A stretch of DNA of 59,560 nt, filler included, from Sphacelaria rigidula (GCA_964200075.2; 9 parts of 9 records of this genome joined end to end with filler, not necessarily neighbours in it), one strand, 5' to 3'. Positions 13,161-26,585 are shown, counted from the whole stretch's first letter. Translations and numbers: made by a program. Notes: a model not told the origin generated them from the sequence alone.

Positions 13161-13677
13161 NNNNNNNNNNNNNNNNNNNNNNNNNNNNNNNNNNNNNNNN
13201 NNNNTTAATTAATTAANNNNNNNNNNNNNNNNNNNNNNNNNNNNNNNNNNNNNNNNNNNNCTTCGGGTTCTCATCCTCAATGAAAAGCACCATCCTCAAC
13301 ATAGATGATCGGCTGTTTCAATAAGTAGCATCGTCATGGAAGCACAACAGACAGGGCATGTCTAGCCTACACACGGCATACCGCTATCACACATACTCGT
13401 AGTATTACAGTGAGTACAAGCACAGCACCTTCTAGGGGGACGCTTAGGAGAAGCAGAAAGAGGAGGAGCAGCGAGCAGAGGGTGACGTATTTTAACTTTC
13501 ATGGCACACTTAGACACAGTGCTGGCCCGCTCATTCATGAGAAACAGCAATTTTGAGCGAGGTGTAAAACCTCACTTTGGCTGCCGCTACGAGCGTTACA
13601 ATAATTCTAATCATTTCACCATTTCCGATGTCTGGCCCAAGTCTAGACAAGAAAACTGCATCTATTTCCAGGGCTCT

Positions 13678-13935
13678 TTACGTTACACGTAACACGTACC
13701 TTACACGTCACAAACGTTACGTCACAAGGGTGTGACATAACGTAACGTACGTTTTTCGAATACGTCAGAAATGTGACGTAACGTGACGTGACACATTTTT
13801 TTATGCATCATATTGATATATTTTTGAAACGTCTCCTGTAACGTGTAACGTATTACGTATTATATACGTTACGTCATAATAAACGTTACACGTTATAATA
13901 AACATTACACGCGTCACATTATTATACGTTTGCAC
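13678..13935. repeat. Degenerate ACGT/CGTTAC/GTAACG-rich low-complexity repeat
   Basis: Dense cluster of ACGT-centred short motifs. Confidence 0.7.
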
Positions 13936-14388
13936 GGGTACACCAGTACGTGGCAAAGTAGTCGGAGAGGTCACACGCGGGGACTGATTCCAGTACAAGT
14001 AGGTCTCCTGTAGTTCAATCGGTCTCATACGGATCTTTCGTAGTGTGGGTGCCCTTTTTTCGTGTAAATGTTTGTTTCTTGCCTTCTTCTGCGGGGAGCT
14101 ATGGGTATATTGGTGGTATGCTCCTTGCACTCTGTGACCACGGGTTCGAGAGATCGAGCTAATGTGATGGATATTATAAGAAGAAGAAGAAGAAGAAGAA
14201 AAACGTCTGAATGAACGTCACAACCAACCGTCACACGCTCAACTTGTAGCACAATTAGTCTGAGATTAGCATATGTGTTGTTCCCTTTTCCAAGCAACAA
14301 GCAACAACCAATAACCCCTAATTAAATAAAAATATCGATTCCTTTGTTAATCATTAATTGTGTTCCCTTTTTCTAAAACATGATGATT

Positions 14389-14435
14389 CAACCCCAACCC
14401 CAACCCCAACCCCAACCCCAACCCCAACCCCAACC
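14389..14435. repeat. (CCCCAA)n hexamer array, about 7 units
   Basis: Directly visible. Confidence 0.9.
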
Positions 14436-15944
14436 AATAACCAACAACCAACAACCCCTGATTGGATAAAAATATCCATCCCTTCATTTATTCTTGTGCA
14501 TCTCGAACGATTGTTCCCTTTGTTCAAAAAATAATAATCCGAAGCCCAACCCAACCTTTCGTGAATATTTATATGAAATAAGGTTTTCGTGAGATTGAGA
14601 GTGGCTTTGATCATTCCCATTGACTCGGCCAATTTTTCATTCCGTGTATGCTTTTCTTCGTCTCATGACTGCCATGTGCTTACAGCTACACGTTGATATC
14701 CTACTCCGGGGTATCGAGGGCCTCAGTGGCAAGCTACTACAGAGAGAATATTGGGCATGGTGGAGGTGCATTTAGGAACTGAAACGGCTTATCCACTAAT
14801 TGAGCACTTTTCATTCTCAATTATACCTTCAACTCTCAATTTCACGAAAACGTTGTTGTAATAAATAATTCATTACATAAATATATATATTAAAAAAAAA
14901 AACTGTGCGTCCCGAGCGACAACGTTTTAGCATGCCCTATCCTTCTTTCGTACCAAATTTCGATGTCTAACTCGCAAAATTGAGGTGAGACGGGGTCTGC
15001 AAACCACAAATTCGCGTCTTGGCCGGCCCAGCCCGTGCTGGGCCAGCCTAAAAACGGATTCAAGCTCTCAAAGCAATATCTCATCGACACGGACGAGTTG
15101 GGCAGTGATCCGCATATTGTGTACTGTATTTTTCGTCTAGTCAAGGGGAAGGTGCCCATCTGCTCAAAACTCTGGGCCAATATTTTATCGTCGACTAAAC
15201 CCCATGTCTAGCGATTCCTATACCGTACGGAGATAGCGTCCACACTGAAATCTATATGAAACCTCCAACAATACATTTAGCGGATGATCGACGATTTTTG
15301 GTGTGGACCTTCCCTGGAGCACGGGGAGACGATAGATACCCTCACCTTCATCTAATTCGTAAATATATCTCGAGATATGGCGCACATAATGTTCTACTCT
15401 AAAATCAATATGTTACGAGCAGAGGCACTTGATGCCCGGAATCTGGATATCGTGTCTCAGTTTTTGAGAGTTGTGCCATGAAATTTCGTATGGAGAACTA
15501 CTAGTGTACTGTAAAATGAAATGAAAACAGCTTTTACCCTTTTTTTTCGTTTGTTTTCATCGTTTTTCGTGTTTTTACGAAAGTTTTTAGGAGAAATGAA
15601 CATTGCTCTTAGGCCTCATGTCATTTTTTAGCTCAAAATTTAGAATTGTGATTTGAAACTTGGAATGGAGAACCACAGAGGTATGCTGAAGAAAAAAAAT
15701 ATGGCCTCCACTTTTTTCTAGGGGGGGGGAAAGGTTAGGACGTTCTCGTGAAAAAAAGGTCGTTACCATACTAGAACGCCCTAAACCAGCGAAAAAAGAA
15801 ATCGGAACCAACCTGATCCAATTTTCTTGGTCCATCATGACCTGGCGGGATCCCGCAAAAATTTCACAACACAAACAGCAAACGTGGGCCGGTAAACGAC
15901 CTGCAAAATGCTGTTTCGGATTTCCACAGGCTCAGGTTTCAAAA

Positions 15945-16228
15945 GGCGAATTCGAAATATTTGCTTGGAGTTGGACCCTGAAATTTGGTATGGGCAATCA
16001 ACAGGGCATCAATTATTTATATATATATGTATACCGGCTCCCAACGATTTTTCTTTATTTTTTCATGATTTAAGGGCAATAGTCAGTTTTCAGGTTTTTG
16101 TAAAATGGCGATAAATCATCAACGTTAAAAATCTTAGAGACCCGGCATAATTTTTGTTTTTGATGCCCTGTTGATTGTCCGTACCATTTTTCAGGGTTCA
16201 ACTCCGAGTGAAAAAATGCTAATTCGCC
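15945..16228. repeat. Imperfect inverted repeat (foldback or MITE-like)
   Basis: GGAGTTGGACCCTGAAATTTGGTATGGGCAATCAACAGGGCATCAA pairs with TTGATGCCCTGTTGATTGTCCGTACCATTTTTCAGGGTTCAACTCC. Confidence 0.8.
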
Positions 16229-16559
16229 TGCAAACTACGAATCCGCTTCCAGGCTGGCCCAGCTCGTAGTCTCAGACGGCAACCCCCGGATGATGGTGTC
16301 TATCATTTACTGCATTCAATCATCGGTTCGGCCAGGGGTTGAGGACCACGCAATGCACAACTAGCCGCAATTTCGTGTCAACCAAACGGGGGAGAAGGAT
16401 TGACATTATTTTTTCATTCCTATCGATTTCTGCGATGAATCAATGTCTCGACAACGAACAGAGGATTGTCGTGAACGGGGAAAATGTGTGTATATATATG
16501 GATATAAATGTATCCATATTTCGTGTAGAAATGAAGAAATTAAATTGTTGGGTGTTGTG

Positions 16560-16875
16560 AGAAATAAGACACCCCTCAGAGACGCCTCATCTAGCAAGGG
16601 ATGCGTGTTCAATGATCAAACGACCAAGGCAAGAAACAAATGAGTACCCCCCTCCCCTCCCCTCAAAGGCTTCGGGCCGAACAGTCTTAGCAGGATGCAG
16701 GCTCACCATTCGTGCGACTCCCCAATACATCACGACGCTTCGCGCTTGGTGATGATTGCGAGCCTGGTCCGGCGAAAACCCGGCGTGCTCCGTCCCGCCG
16801 TTGTACGTAGGGATGCGAGGTCAATGGTCATACAAATATGACCATGGCATGCAAGATCATGAGTACACCCCCCTC
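16560..16875 (+). repeat. Tandem type A LINE tail + C-run + truncated type B copy + C-run
   Basis: Matches 3590-3663 and then 3798-3990. Confidence 0.85.
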
Positions 16876-19039
16876 AACGGTACCTTTGGGGAAACTTCGG
16901 AGGGACGAAAACCCTAACCCTTGTGACAGATGTACTGCAAGTATACCTGCAGTTGATAATACCGGCAGATGGCGAGGTCGGTCAGACAGATGCACCAAGT
17001 AATTTATTTTCTCCACAACTCCTTTGACCCTTGGACTCGGTTCTTCAGCCTTCAAACCGGGGACCCCTAGTCAGTGGGCTTCGACCTCCACGTCCTCGAG
17101 AGATGCCTTTGAGGGCGCCGTTGATTGGGTACCATTTCTCGTGATTTCGAAGTTTTTTTTTCATCATTTCCCCCCCCTGTGTTCCCTCACGATACGTTTG
17201 TTCCCATTTTTCAGAACCCCTCGTCAACGCATGGTACTCAGTGAAGCAGCAGGCAAGTGTACAGCAAGAGACTTTCCAGCAGCAGCAAGAGTAGCGAAAA
17301 CCGCACATCGTACAGTCCACCATCATGAGACAGCGACCGATCGTTGTTGCGAAAAATAAAAATATATCCAGAATATTTGTTTGAAGCACAAAATAAAATG
17401 CGTCATCTTAGTCCTGGTTGTGTGGGCATTATATATCATACATCATGCTGTGCACAGTATACACCATGTGCATCATAGTGAACACCTGCATACACATGTA
17501 TACTTGTACATCACCAGGAAGAGACGAGCAACATCGTTGCATCAATGCATGAACGATACGAGAGAATCGCTGTCTTTACTTTTTTTCATTCATGATACTT
17601 TATGTACAAAACAAAAAAAAGAATAGCGAGAAGACAGGCGTCCACAATCATGTACGCATCAAGTCCCGTGCTTCCCCTCGATAAAAAACAAAAAAAACTG
17701 CACCTAGTCGATCATCACCACCGTCGATTGCCACGCAGAAAACAGCATGCTCGTCAAAACACCTCTCGCACAACAAGATCACGGCCAAATTCATCACCCC
17801 CTCGCATCTACAAAATCATGGGAAAATATATCCCATTTCAGTCTCTTTGTGCTACGAGTACTGCACCGAAGCAGCTTGTTTGTGCACTACGCTTGCACAT
17901 CGTCAGACCACGCGCCCAGTAAGCAGCGGGTGTTCCCCCCCCATCATGAGATAATTCGCCAGTCAACCTTGGGAAGCGAATCGGGCGCGCGTAATTTTTT
18001 CAACCGCGAACAAGATTTTTCATCCCCACAGCGAAACATACGTGGATGAGTCATCTTCCATGAGTACGGTATGTGTATGTATTTGTGTGTTTTGTCGAAC
18101 AAAGCGAAATAGTCAATACAAAATCCCAAATAACCTCTCTGCCACATCTCAAGCTGATCGCTCTGCCCCCCCTCCTTCCCCCCCCCGCACAAGTTTACTC
18201 CAAACCTCAACAAACGGCTGATCTGCACAAAAGCTCGGCCAACCGTGATTGATACGTAAATTGAGGGAAGGAACATCAGCAAAAACGATAATAGGCCTAC
18301 TAAAATACTGTAAATACAAGATGGTAAATAAGCATCTTCCACAGCCGTTACACAAACGAACGATGACGTGCGTGCACAAGAAATCGCTCGGCCATGAACC
18401 ATAAACAAAGCCTTGTTGTCATACTATTATACCCCGATCACCCTCCAGCTGGGAAAACAACAGAGAACTGAGGCGTTTTTTTTTGTTTCACTCTCTGGGG
18501 GAAGCAAGTCCCGTCCGCACGGGTAAAACAATCTATTCGAACCCAACACTAAAGGAACACACAGAAGAAGGTATAGAAAAGGGATGGCGGCGTGTCTTCG
18601 CAGACTATTTTTCGGTCGAAAAAGTGCAGTGGAAATAAAGTTGCGATGTGACAGATCGTAATTTCAACATTTCAACTAAATGAAGACACAAATGACGACT
18701 CATCACATCGGAACTTTTATTTTCCACCGCACTTTTTCGATCGAAATACACTTCACCAAGACAGGCCCTGATACGGGGAATGCGATCAAATCGGTAACCC
18801 CCCGGGATAAATCGAAACCGAAGAGGCTTACCTGCAGTGCCCTCCCCCCCCCTTCTCCCGCCCGCCCGCGAGACTTCAATGTGCATTCGTTTCCAGCGCC
18901 ATTATTGGTATACTATCTACACTTTGTTTTTTTTCTTGGTAAACGCCGCCTGCTCGGTAGTCATTTTTAATATGTATATATACTATCGACACTTGCTGAC
19001 TGCTTACCCTCTCCCCTGCAAAATCATCAATACGCTTCG

Positions 19040-19305
19040 GCGTGAAGAATCTTGACAGGATGCAGCTCACCCTTCACGCGACTTGCCGAACACATCACAG
19101 TCGTTCGCGCTTGGTGATTGATCGCGAGCCTGGTCCGACGAAAACCCGGCATGCTCCGTTCCGGCTTTGAAGGGATGCGAGGTCAATGGTAATACCACTA
19201 CGGCATGCAGGATCATGAGTACACTCTTCCCCTCACCCCCCGACATGGTCAATGGTCAACCGACTGAGGCAAGCAACAAATGATTACGCCCCTCCCCCCC
19301 TCCCC
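19040..19305 (+). repeat. Truncated type B copy + C-run + short type A tail + C-run
   Basis: Matches the other copies; each part ends ATGA(G/T)TAC followed by C-rich sequence. Confidence 0.85.
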
Positions 19306-22300
19306 GACGTAACTCGGTAGGCGGCAATACAATCAACGAAAATCGCGGACGCGATATCGTGAATAAATTTGCGTCATACTTTCTGTGGACAACGCCAAAT
19401 TCGCCGCTCCAATCTTCTCGTCCAGCGGGCCGGCCGACCACAAACTGGTCTCATTTCGCGGGACCCCCAGCTGCCCACGCCGCCATCATACACAGCAAGC
19501 AGTACAGTACAGTGGCGGCGGTACTGCACACGGTAGTTGCCTTGGTACCTACCCCAAACAACGCGCTCACTGCACGTCTCGAAGCGGCTGTTCCGACATC
19601 AACCCACGTCTTCCGCGCGCGCGTGGGGTATTGCTTTGTGCTTATTTTTTCGTCCGCCACATATGACGAACATCAGATCACCACATGACCGACCCAAGAC
19701 TCCCTTCCCATTTTTTCTCCTTCTTCGTCTTCCCCCCCCCCCCCACCCACCCACCCATGAGGCAGTGTATAAGCCGTGGCTGTCTCTGGNNNNNNNNNNN
19801 NNNNNNNNNNNNNNNNNNNNNNNNNNNNNNNNNTTAATTAATTAANNNNNNNNNNNNNNNNNNNNNNNNNNNNNNNNNNNNNNNNNNNNCGACTGTGTTT
19901 CGTCCTCAACAAAAAGTACAATCCTCAACATAGATGATTCGCTGTTATCATGAGCACGCGCAGCACCTCCAGGATGCTAAGAAAAACAACAAAACAAAAG
20001 GTCAGAGCGATTTGAACTTCAACAAAAACTGGGAAATGTCACAACTCTCCGTGAAAAGGAAGGAAACGGCGGCATCTCCCGTCGAGAATTATGTGCTTGC
20101 GGGCAGATGGTCCTGGTAAACGTTCGGCTGAAAGCTCTTGAAATTGAGCCCAGCGTGGCACTCCTTGTGTGACACCGCTGCGCCCCTGTACTCTTAGTGA
20201 TACAGGAGACTACAACTATTGAGGTAATGAGTTCGAATCCCGACATATCCTCTTTTTGTTTTAGAACCTGGTTCCTTGGTTGAGGTCACATAATATTCAG
20301 TAGAAATTTCCTATCTCCTTTCTTTTAGCGACCGAGTGTGCATGGTCAGGTTGGTCTGCAGATTACAGTGACATGCTCAAATCGGGCTGATTCGGGAAAC
20401 TGAAGAAGTTGTTGTCTGCTACGGGGTTCTACGTTTTACGACTGGCCCAACTCGTAACAAATCAGATAAATGTGTAAGACAAGACGATATGTCGATGAAA
20501 TCAATTAACGACATCAAGGCAGTGGAAAGCAATGCCGCTGTCTTAGCCATGAGGTATGCTCTGCGTTAATAAAACGATACAAACGGTTAGCATGATGTCA
20601 GAGCCAGCGGACTACACGAGCAGGCAATGGGCAAATGTGCAGTGGCCAGGGAGAGGGATATTCGGTGATTTTTGGTTCCTTGGGGCTTCCGGTGTCATCG
20701 ATATTAGGCACGTGGCAATGAACGCAAGGTATTTATCGTTTTCTCGTCCATTGAAGGGTGAAGCATGGCCCCCCAAAAGGTACAATGAGCCAGAACCCAC
20801 AAATTGTACCCGACAGAAGGTGATGTCCATGGAAAGTACAGGCGACCAAGTACATCTTGCAATTGTAGGCAGGTGTATCTGCAGGGTGTGAAACAGCTCT
20901 GGCGGGTTTTTCGTAACCACGCAGCTGTCCTGAGCCCCGTCCTGTTGGCTTATTTATGTTCTCCTTGCCATGCTTCAGCAGAGACGAAGCATATCTCAGT
21001 GCTTTGTCGACCTTATAATAGACGACTGAACTGATAGCGGCTACCGTACCGACTGGAAGAGCGAGCATTATGTTTTGGATTGCATCCTATATACATACGC
21101 TCCGAATGCATAAACCACGCACGCACAACACTGACTGCATGAGCGCCTGAAACTCCGGTACACAGCGGGCGCGGTAGTCTTTTGGGGTGTAGCGCACGGC
21201 ACTGTACCGTGTTGTGCATGTCGTACCGTGCGGTGCTGTCGGGGTCCGCACGAAGAAAAGGCTCCGAAATAAGCAAGCCCATATATATCCGCTTCAACCC
21301 ACTTAGGTGGGAGAAGCCACATGTTGGCCCTGTACCAGCAACTCTGCACTAGCTGTAGGGTTAGACAAAAAACCCGAAACCTGTGTGATTCATAATTGGT
21401 TGGTGGAAAGTTCGTAGTGGGAAATGGTAGGATGACTCGCTCCCCCCAGCCGTTCCTACCAATAAAGTTGTACTCATTTTTGCGGTGCCCCCATTTTGGC
21501 GGCGTTCATACATATGAAGGCTGTATCGTTGAAAGTGGCGCCTCAAGCACGAGATCTCGTTCCGGGAACAATGTCGCCCATTGACCATCAACGCCGGTAA
21601 CCCCCACCGTTGAGCTGAGCACCTCCTCTCTTCTCGCGCGAGCACCATCCAATTCGAACTGTGAAGTACCGCGTTATATTCGCTGGTCCCCATTCATTCA
21701 CTCATCTATCGTGTATCGCTCAACTAGTAGCAGATACTTTTCACGCATTCCCATCGGCCGATCCGTTACAGTATGATAGTATCCACCTCTGGCACCTGGC
21801 GCTCAAAGGGTTGGAAAAATCCAAACGGCCATCAAGCTGGAGAACATTTCTTTGTTTGACTACTCGACATCCTTAGCACAGGCACAGTAGTAGTACGTAC
21901 ATACATGAAAATTATGAAAAAAAGATGATGTTTTGGCAAGGAAATCGTGTGGAAACTGTCACCGCCTTTCCTCCCATCTCCGAATAAGGGGTAGGGACGA
22001 GTGTCGTGAGACGAAACAAGTTTCACGTCATAGTCGCACGCGGGATGATATTTGATGCAGAGGCACAAGAGGATATTCAAAGGGAGGCACAATGCAGGTT
22101 GCGGTAGAGGCTGATGATCGCGGTTCACACATACAAGTGTTGCACTATTGAAGTTTTAGATCGAATCCAAATTGTGGACTGTAATCACTTGTGCATTTTC
22201 TTGTCGAAGCACTGCAGGGATACGAGAGCAAGGCTATTACTTGCAGAGCAACTCGAGAACTGTGAGCAGTTGCATCATACCATGCCCTTTGTTTGTCCCC

Positions 22301-22344
22301 TTCTCCCTTGCCGCCTTCCCCGCGCCGCGTTCCACACCATGCAG

Positions 22345-22501
22345 GAGGCACTTGCGTGTCATCTCATCACGCATCTGGGAGAAGATGCGTTTGTTCAGCA
22401 CTTGCTCCCGCCGGACCCCAAGGCAATGAATTTTTTTGACAACTTTCGCGATGGGATACTGCTGTGCCGGCTCGTGAGTCTGGCGATGCCCGGCATAATA
22501 G
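22345..22501 (+). CDS. Exon of a fimbrin/plastin-like calponin-homology (CH) domain protein, N-terminal half of CH
   Basis: atgcag|GAG...ATAG|gtact. EALACHLITHLGEDAFVQHLLPPDP...FFDNFRDGILLCRLVSLAMPGII resembles fimbrin CH1 (HIN..L..D....LP.DP...LF....DGILLCKLIN.A.P.TI). Confidence 0.85.
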
Positions 22502-23207
22502 GTACTCAAAGTGCCTACCGTAGGTTCTCTCTCGCTGTCTATGTGCCTATCTCTGCCACTGTGTGCCAATAGCCCGCCTTTGCCCCTGTCTGTCTTGCTA
22601 GTTGTAGACGGACAATACCGCCTCCCACCTTTGCCTGCACTCTGACGGGTATTGCTCTGCCTCAAGTTTTTCGCATTTTGTAGTGACAACGCCGCCGACA
22701 TTTGATTTATGTGATGGAGAGGTCTGAGGAAATATGTCGTCAATGTACATTCATTTTTGTATAGACGCGTGATGTCCTCGGCATCACGGAGTTTGTTTTC
22801 ATTCTAAATAATGCAACCTTCGAAACATTTTATAGTGATACTGGGTGGTCTATGGTATTGTATATATAGCGCTCTGTGCTTGAAGGCTTGATTGTCCACC
22901 GCGCCCCGCTGGGTGAACCTCACCGGTTGGTACATCGTAAGCTTGCGCCGATGTTGTGGGTTCAAGTCCCCACAGGATGGTTCACGTGTAGTCATTCAAC
23001 TGGTTTCAGTTGTCCGATTCCATGAAGACGTGAGTGAGCAATCGACACAAGGCGATCGGAGGAAGTCGACGGAGTGCAGACGGGTTGAACCCATGTTCGA
23101 TTTTAAAATTCACTTCCAGGAGAAAAAAATCGTACTGTAGCCGAGGAGAGGTGGATAACTCCCTCGAGAGTGCAGCATGGAATCGTCCCTCGGCAGGGAG
23201 GGGAGAA

Positions 23208-23620
23208 AGGGGGGTGTACTCACGATCTTGCGCGTCGTAGTCATGAGACTATGAGACTATGAGACCATAAGACCATTGAGCTCGCATCGCTGCAGAACCG
23301 GCACGGACTACGCCGAGTTTCGCCGGACCAGGCTCGCAATCAAGCGCCAAGCGCCAAGCACCATGATGTGTTCGGCAAGTCGCGTGAGGGATGACCGGCA
23401 TCCTGCTAAGATTGTTCGGCTCGGAGGGTACTATCATAATTATAATTATCTAAAATATAGATGACAACCGTGAATGAGTTACTTCATTTTCTGGTATCAC
23501 CACTTCCAGAGACAGCCATGGGTTACACTGCCTAATGGGTGTGTCTCACCATGAAAACACCATCATACGTAGTACAATCATCCCCTTTGCGCGGAATTGA
23601 GGTTCTCCCACCCGGCACAA
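23208..23620 (-). repeat. Retroposon 3' end (type B) in an intron of the CH gene
   Basis: Matches 8040-8400; G-run at the tail. Confidence 0.85.
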
Positions 23621-23990
23621 TATGATCTACGACTCGACCATCAGCATGGTTACCACAAGAAAATTCGAGCGAGAAAAAAAGCCGTAACCTGGTTGCCTAG
23701 CTTACGCCGTGAGTGGCGAGTTTTAGAGCGTCGTTGGCAATCTACATCAACCCTCAAAGGGCGGGGGGGAGGAGGGAGGCTAAACTGGATGCATGACAAA
23801 AATGGATAAAGCCTGGAACCCGTGTGAAAGGGGTAACAAAAAAGCGGGATGTACACATGCAAACAGTGGTGCTGTGCACGGGTTTTTCCTCCGTATTTTT
23901 ATGCGATCTCTGCGTCTTTCGTTTTTCATTTCCTTGTCTTTCACGATGGTTTTCTGCGTTTTTGTTCGCCTTTTCAATTCACCTGAGCAG

Positions 23991-24205
23991 CCGACTCTGC
24001 AATGAACTTCCCGTCGGGGTCCGAACCATTGGGGCTGTTCAAAGCGACGGAAAACCTCAACGCCGCGCTCACGGCGGCCGAGGGGGGGGGACTTCAGGTG
24101 GTGAATATTGGAGCGAGAGACATCATAGATGGGAGGTCGGCGAGTGCTCTGGGGCTGTCGTGGCAGCTCATTCGAGTCCACCTGCAGGCGGCTTTCAAGC
24201 CCGAG
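23991..24205 (+). CDS. Exon of the CH-domain gene, C-terminal half of CH
   Basis: Phase 1 joins the previous exon. ADSAMN...FKATENLNAALTAAEGGGLQVVNIGARDIIDGRSASALGLSWQLIR resembles fimbrin DERAIN...ENLNLALNSA.AIGC.VVNIGA.D..EG..HLVLGLLWQII. Donor GAG|gtacat. Confidence 0.88.
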
Positions 24206-24818
24206 GTACATTATAACAGACGTTTGAAAATGGATTTTAAAGTTCACCACTGAAGGATGGCGTCTGACTGGTGCAAGTCTGCCAGCTACTACATCGCCCC
24301 TGTGCAGAACCAGTACCCTTATGTTTTTGTTTGAAAGGTTGACTACAACGCAATGCTATACCTGTACAAGGAGAAAATACTGTTTTGTGATCCCCGAGGG
24401 TACTGTACCTTCTTTCGCCGTCGCAAACACGATAGTGATACCGAAACTCAGCCACCGCCCCAGCTGCTTACCCCACCCCTGTGCAAGTATGCAGTTGCCA
24501 TTGTAGTCGCAGTAGGCAAAACGGCGCGTGACTTGATGACCTGAATTTATTCAGAACTTGCCTGTGAAAGCGTTGGTGGGATGATTTTCATGTGTTCTGG
24601 GGGCTAGTTCACGATCACTTGAAGAGAGTATGATAAGCTGTTCCGAGGTTCTACGGCAGTCAGACCATCAACTAACCAGAAGACATCGGTGTACTTGCAC
24701 CAAGTGTTCTTGCACGTTGTGTTTTTACGTAGCCTTTCTCGTTCTACAGTGCACGGCTTTTTGTGCGTGCGTACGTACGTGCTCGCGTGCTGTGTGTCGC
24801 GGTATCTGTCTCGTGCAG

Positions 24819-25087
24819 GATGACGGAAAATCCCGACAGCCGCTCCTAGGCTGCCAACCTCCGCTGCAAGATGATAGTGAACAAGTGGCAGGACTATTGT
24901 GCCCCCCGATGGTCACCCCGTCAGCACCGGCCTGGGCGTTACCGCTGTGGGGACGGTCGCCGGAGTCCACGAGTACCAGCATAACATTTTCGACTGCCCT
25001 GAGCGGGGCCGGTGATGGCAATGGTGGCAACAGGGACATATGGTTCTCCAACGTGTTGAGAGGGGAATCGTGCACGATTTTCATCAG
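24819..25087 (+). CDS. Exon of the CH-domain gene; no recognisable domain
   Basis: gtgcag|GAT...ATCAG|gtacac; open frame, phase 0-2, consistent with both neighbours. Confidence 0.6.
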
Positions 25088-25292
25088 GTACACTACGCTG
25101 CGGTACGTTTCGCTACGTTACGTCACGTTACGTGACTAACGGTCATTCGAGAGTAAGCCGAGCGTTGTGCGGGCGTGTTTTCTGTTTTCTCGGGTTTTGT
25201 TTTTTGTGGCAACAGAACACAACGCCGTACAGTACATGTAGAACACGCCAGTTCTTCATTGGAATTTATTTCTGCACATCGCTGCTGCACAG

Positions 25293-25494
25293 GCACGAGC
25301 CAGACGAGACGTGCGCCGCCGTGGCCGTCCAGCGTCGGAGGCGGCGGGTGAATGGGGGGCGAAGGGAACGTGCGAGATGTATGAGGGAAATCACGCATCG
25401 CAGGGACGCCGCTCGCACCAGGAGGAGAAAGTTCACGAACGATCTCGGTGTCGATGCTGAGCATGAGGAGCAGGGGGAGCAGGAGCAGGAGGAG
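25293..25494 (+). CDS. Exon of the CH-domain gene (Arg-rich, then Glu-rich)
   Basis: gcacag|GCAC...GAG|gtgtgt; phase 2-0, consistent with the preceding exon. Confidence 0.62.
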
Positions 25495-25589
25495 GTGTGT
25501 TCGTACATTATGCCCAGTCTTGTAGTGGTGCTGTTTTCAATGCATTCATCGCCGTGTTTTCTTGCCAATAATATCTTGTGACTACATGT

Positions 25590-26418
25590 TCGAGGAAGGA
25601 TGAACGTGATCCTCAGAGATTCGCACCTAGACACGAGGATCAAGAAGAGATGTATCCTGATGAACGTGGTCGTACCAAAGCGGGAATATGCTGGAGAAGT
25701 ATGGGAGGGGAAGGTGAAGTTGGTGGAGAAGTTGGAAACAGTACAGGTGGCAGCAGCTGAGAAAATACTTGGATGCTCGTAAACGACGAGTAATAGGGTT
25801 TTGAGAGTAGAGTCGGGACTTTACTCACTTGACACAAATAGAAACACGAGAAGATTGCAATGGCAGTATAGCGTAAAGAACATGCCGAGAAAGAGATCGC
25901 CAGCTACAGTTGATCGGACTGTATGGAAGAAAAGTACGAAAGGGAAGGCTGGAGTACGGTCGGGTAGAGAAGTCGAGAAAGTATGGAAGGAGATAGGAGG
26001 AAACGAAGACGAAATAATGTCCATAGATGAAGGCGCGGGGTACAAGACAAAAGTAAGAGATATGACAAAATAAGGGAAAAGGAAGCGCTCGGACACAAAG
26101 TAGACGAGGAAGAACACCTGGAGATATAGAGGGAGGTTGATGGAAGGGATAGGGATGAAAGCATATTTGCATGGCCCAATGGACGCTGCGAAAAATATGG
26201 AACTGCGATTTCGGGTGGGGGACCTGGACCTGCCAGGAAGAAGGAAGAGATATACCAGTCGTCGAAAGGGTGAGGAAGAAGATGGACAGAACTACTCCTG
26301 CGGCAAAGCAATATAGAGCAGAAGTCGTATAGTGGTAAAATGTGAAGTATACAAGGAGGAACGGGACGTGCTAGAGGGGGAAATGCGGGACGTGAACGAA
26401 GGTGGCATGAAATTGTTT
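25590..26418 (+). mobile_element. 5'-truncated fragment of the same LINE family as 190-3663
   Basis: Colinear with about 2596-3420 (VILRDSHLDT..., EGAGYKTK...); cut by the contig end. Confidence 0.9.
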
Positions 26419-26585
26419 NNNNNNNNNNNNNNNNNNNNNNNNNNNNNNNNNNNNNNNNNNNNTTAATTAATTAANNNNNNNNNNNNNNNNNNNNNNNNNN
26501 NNNNNNNNNNNNNNNNNNCCCTGTCCACACACTCCACATGCAGCACCCCCCAACTTTCTTGCGGCCATTCCCCTCCGCCCGTCTC

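Noticed and set aside
20460..20891. Possible 5' exons of the CH-domain gene
   Set aside because: Donor-like sites exist, but I could not build a phase-consistent, homology-supported model.
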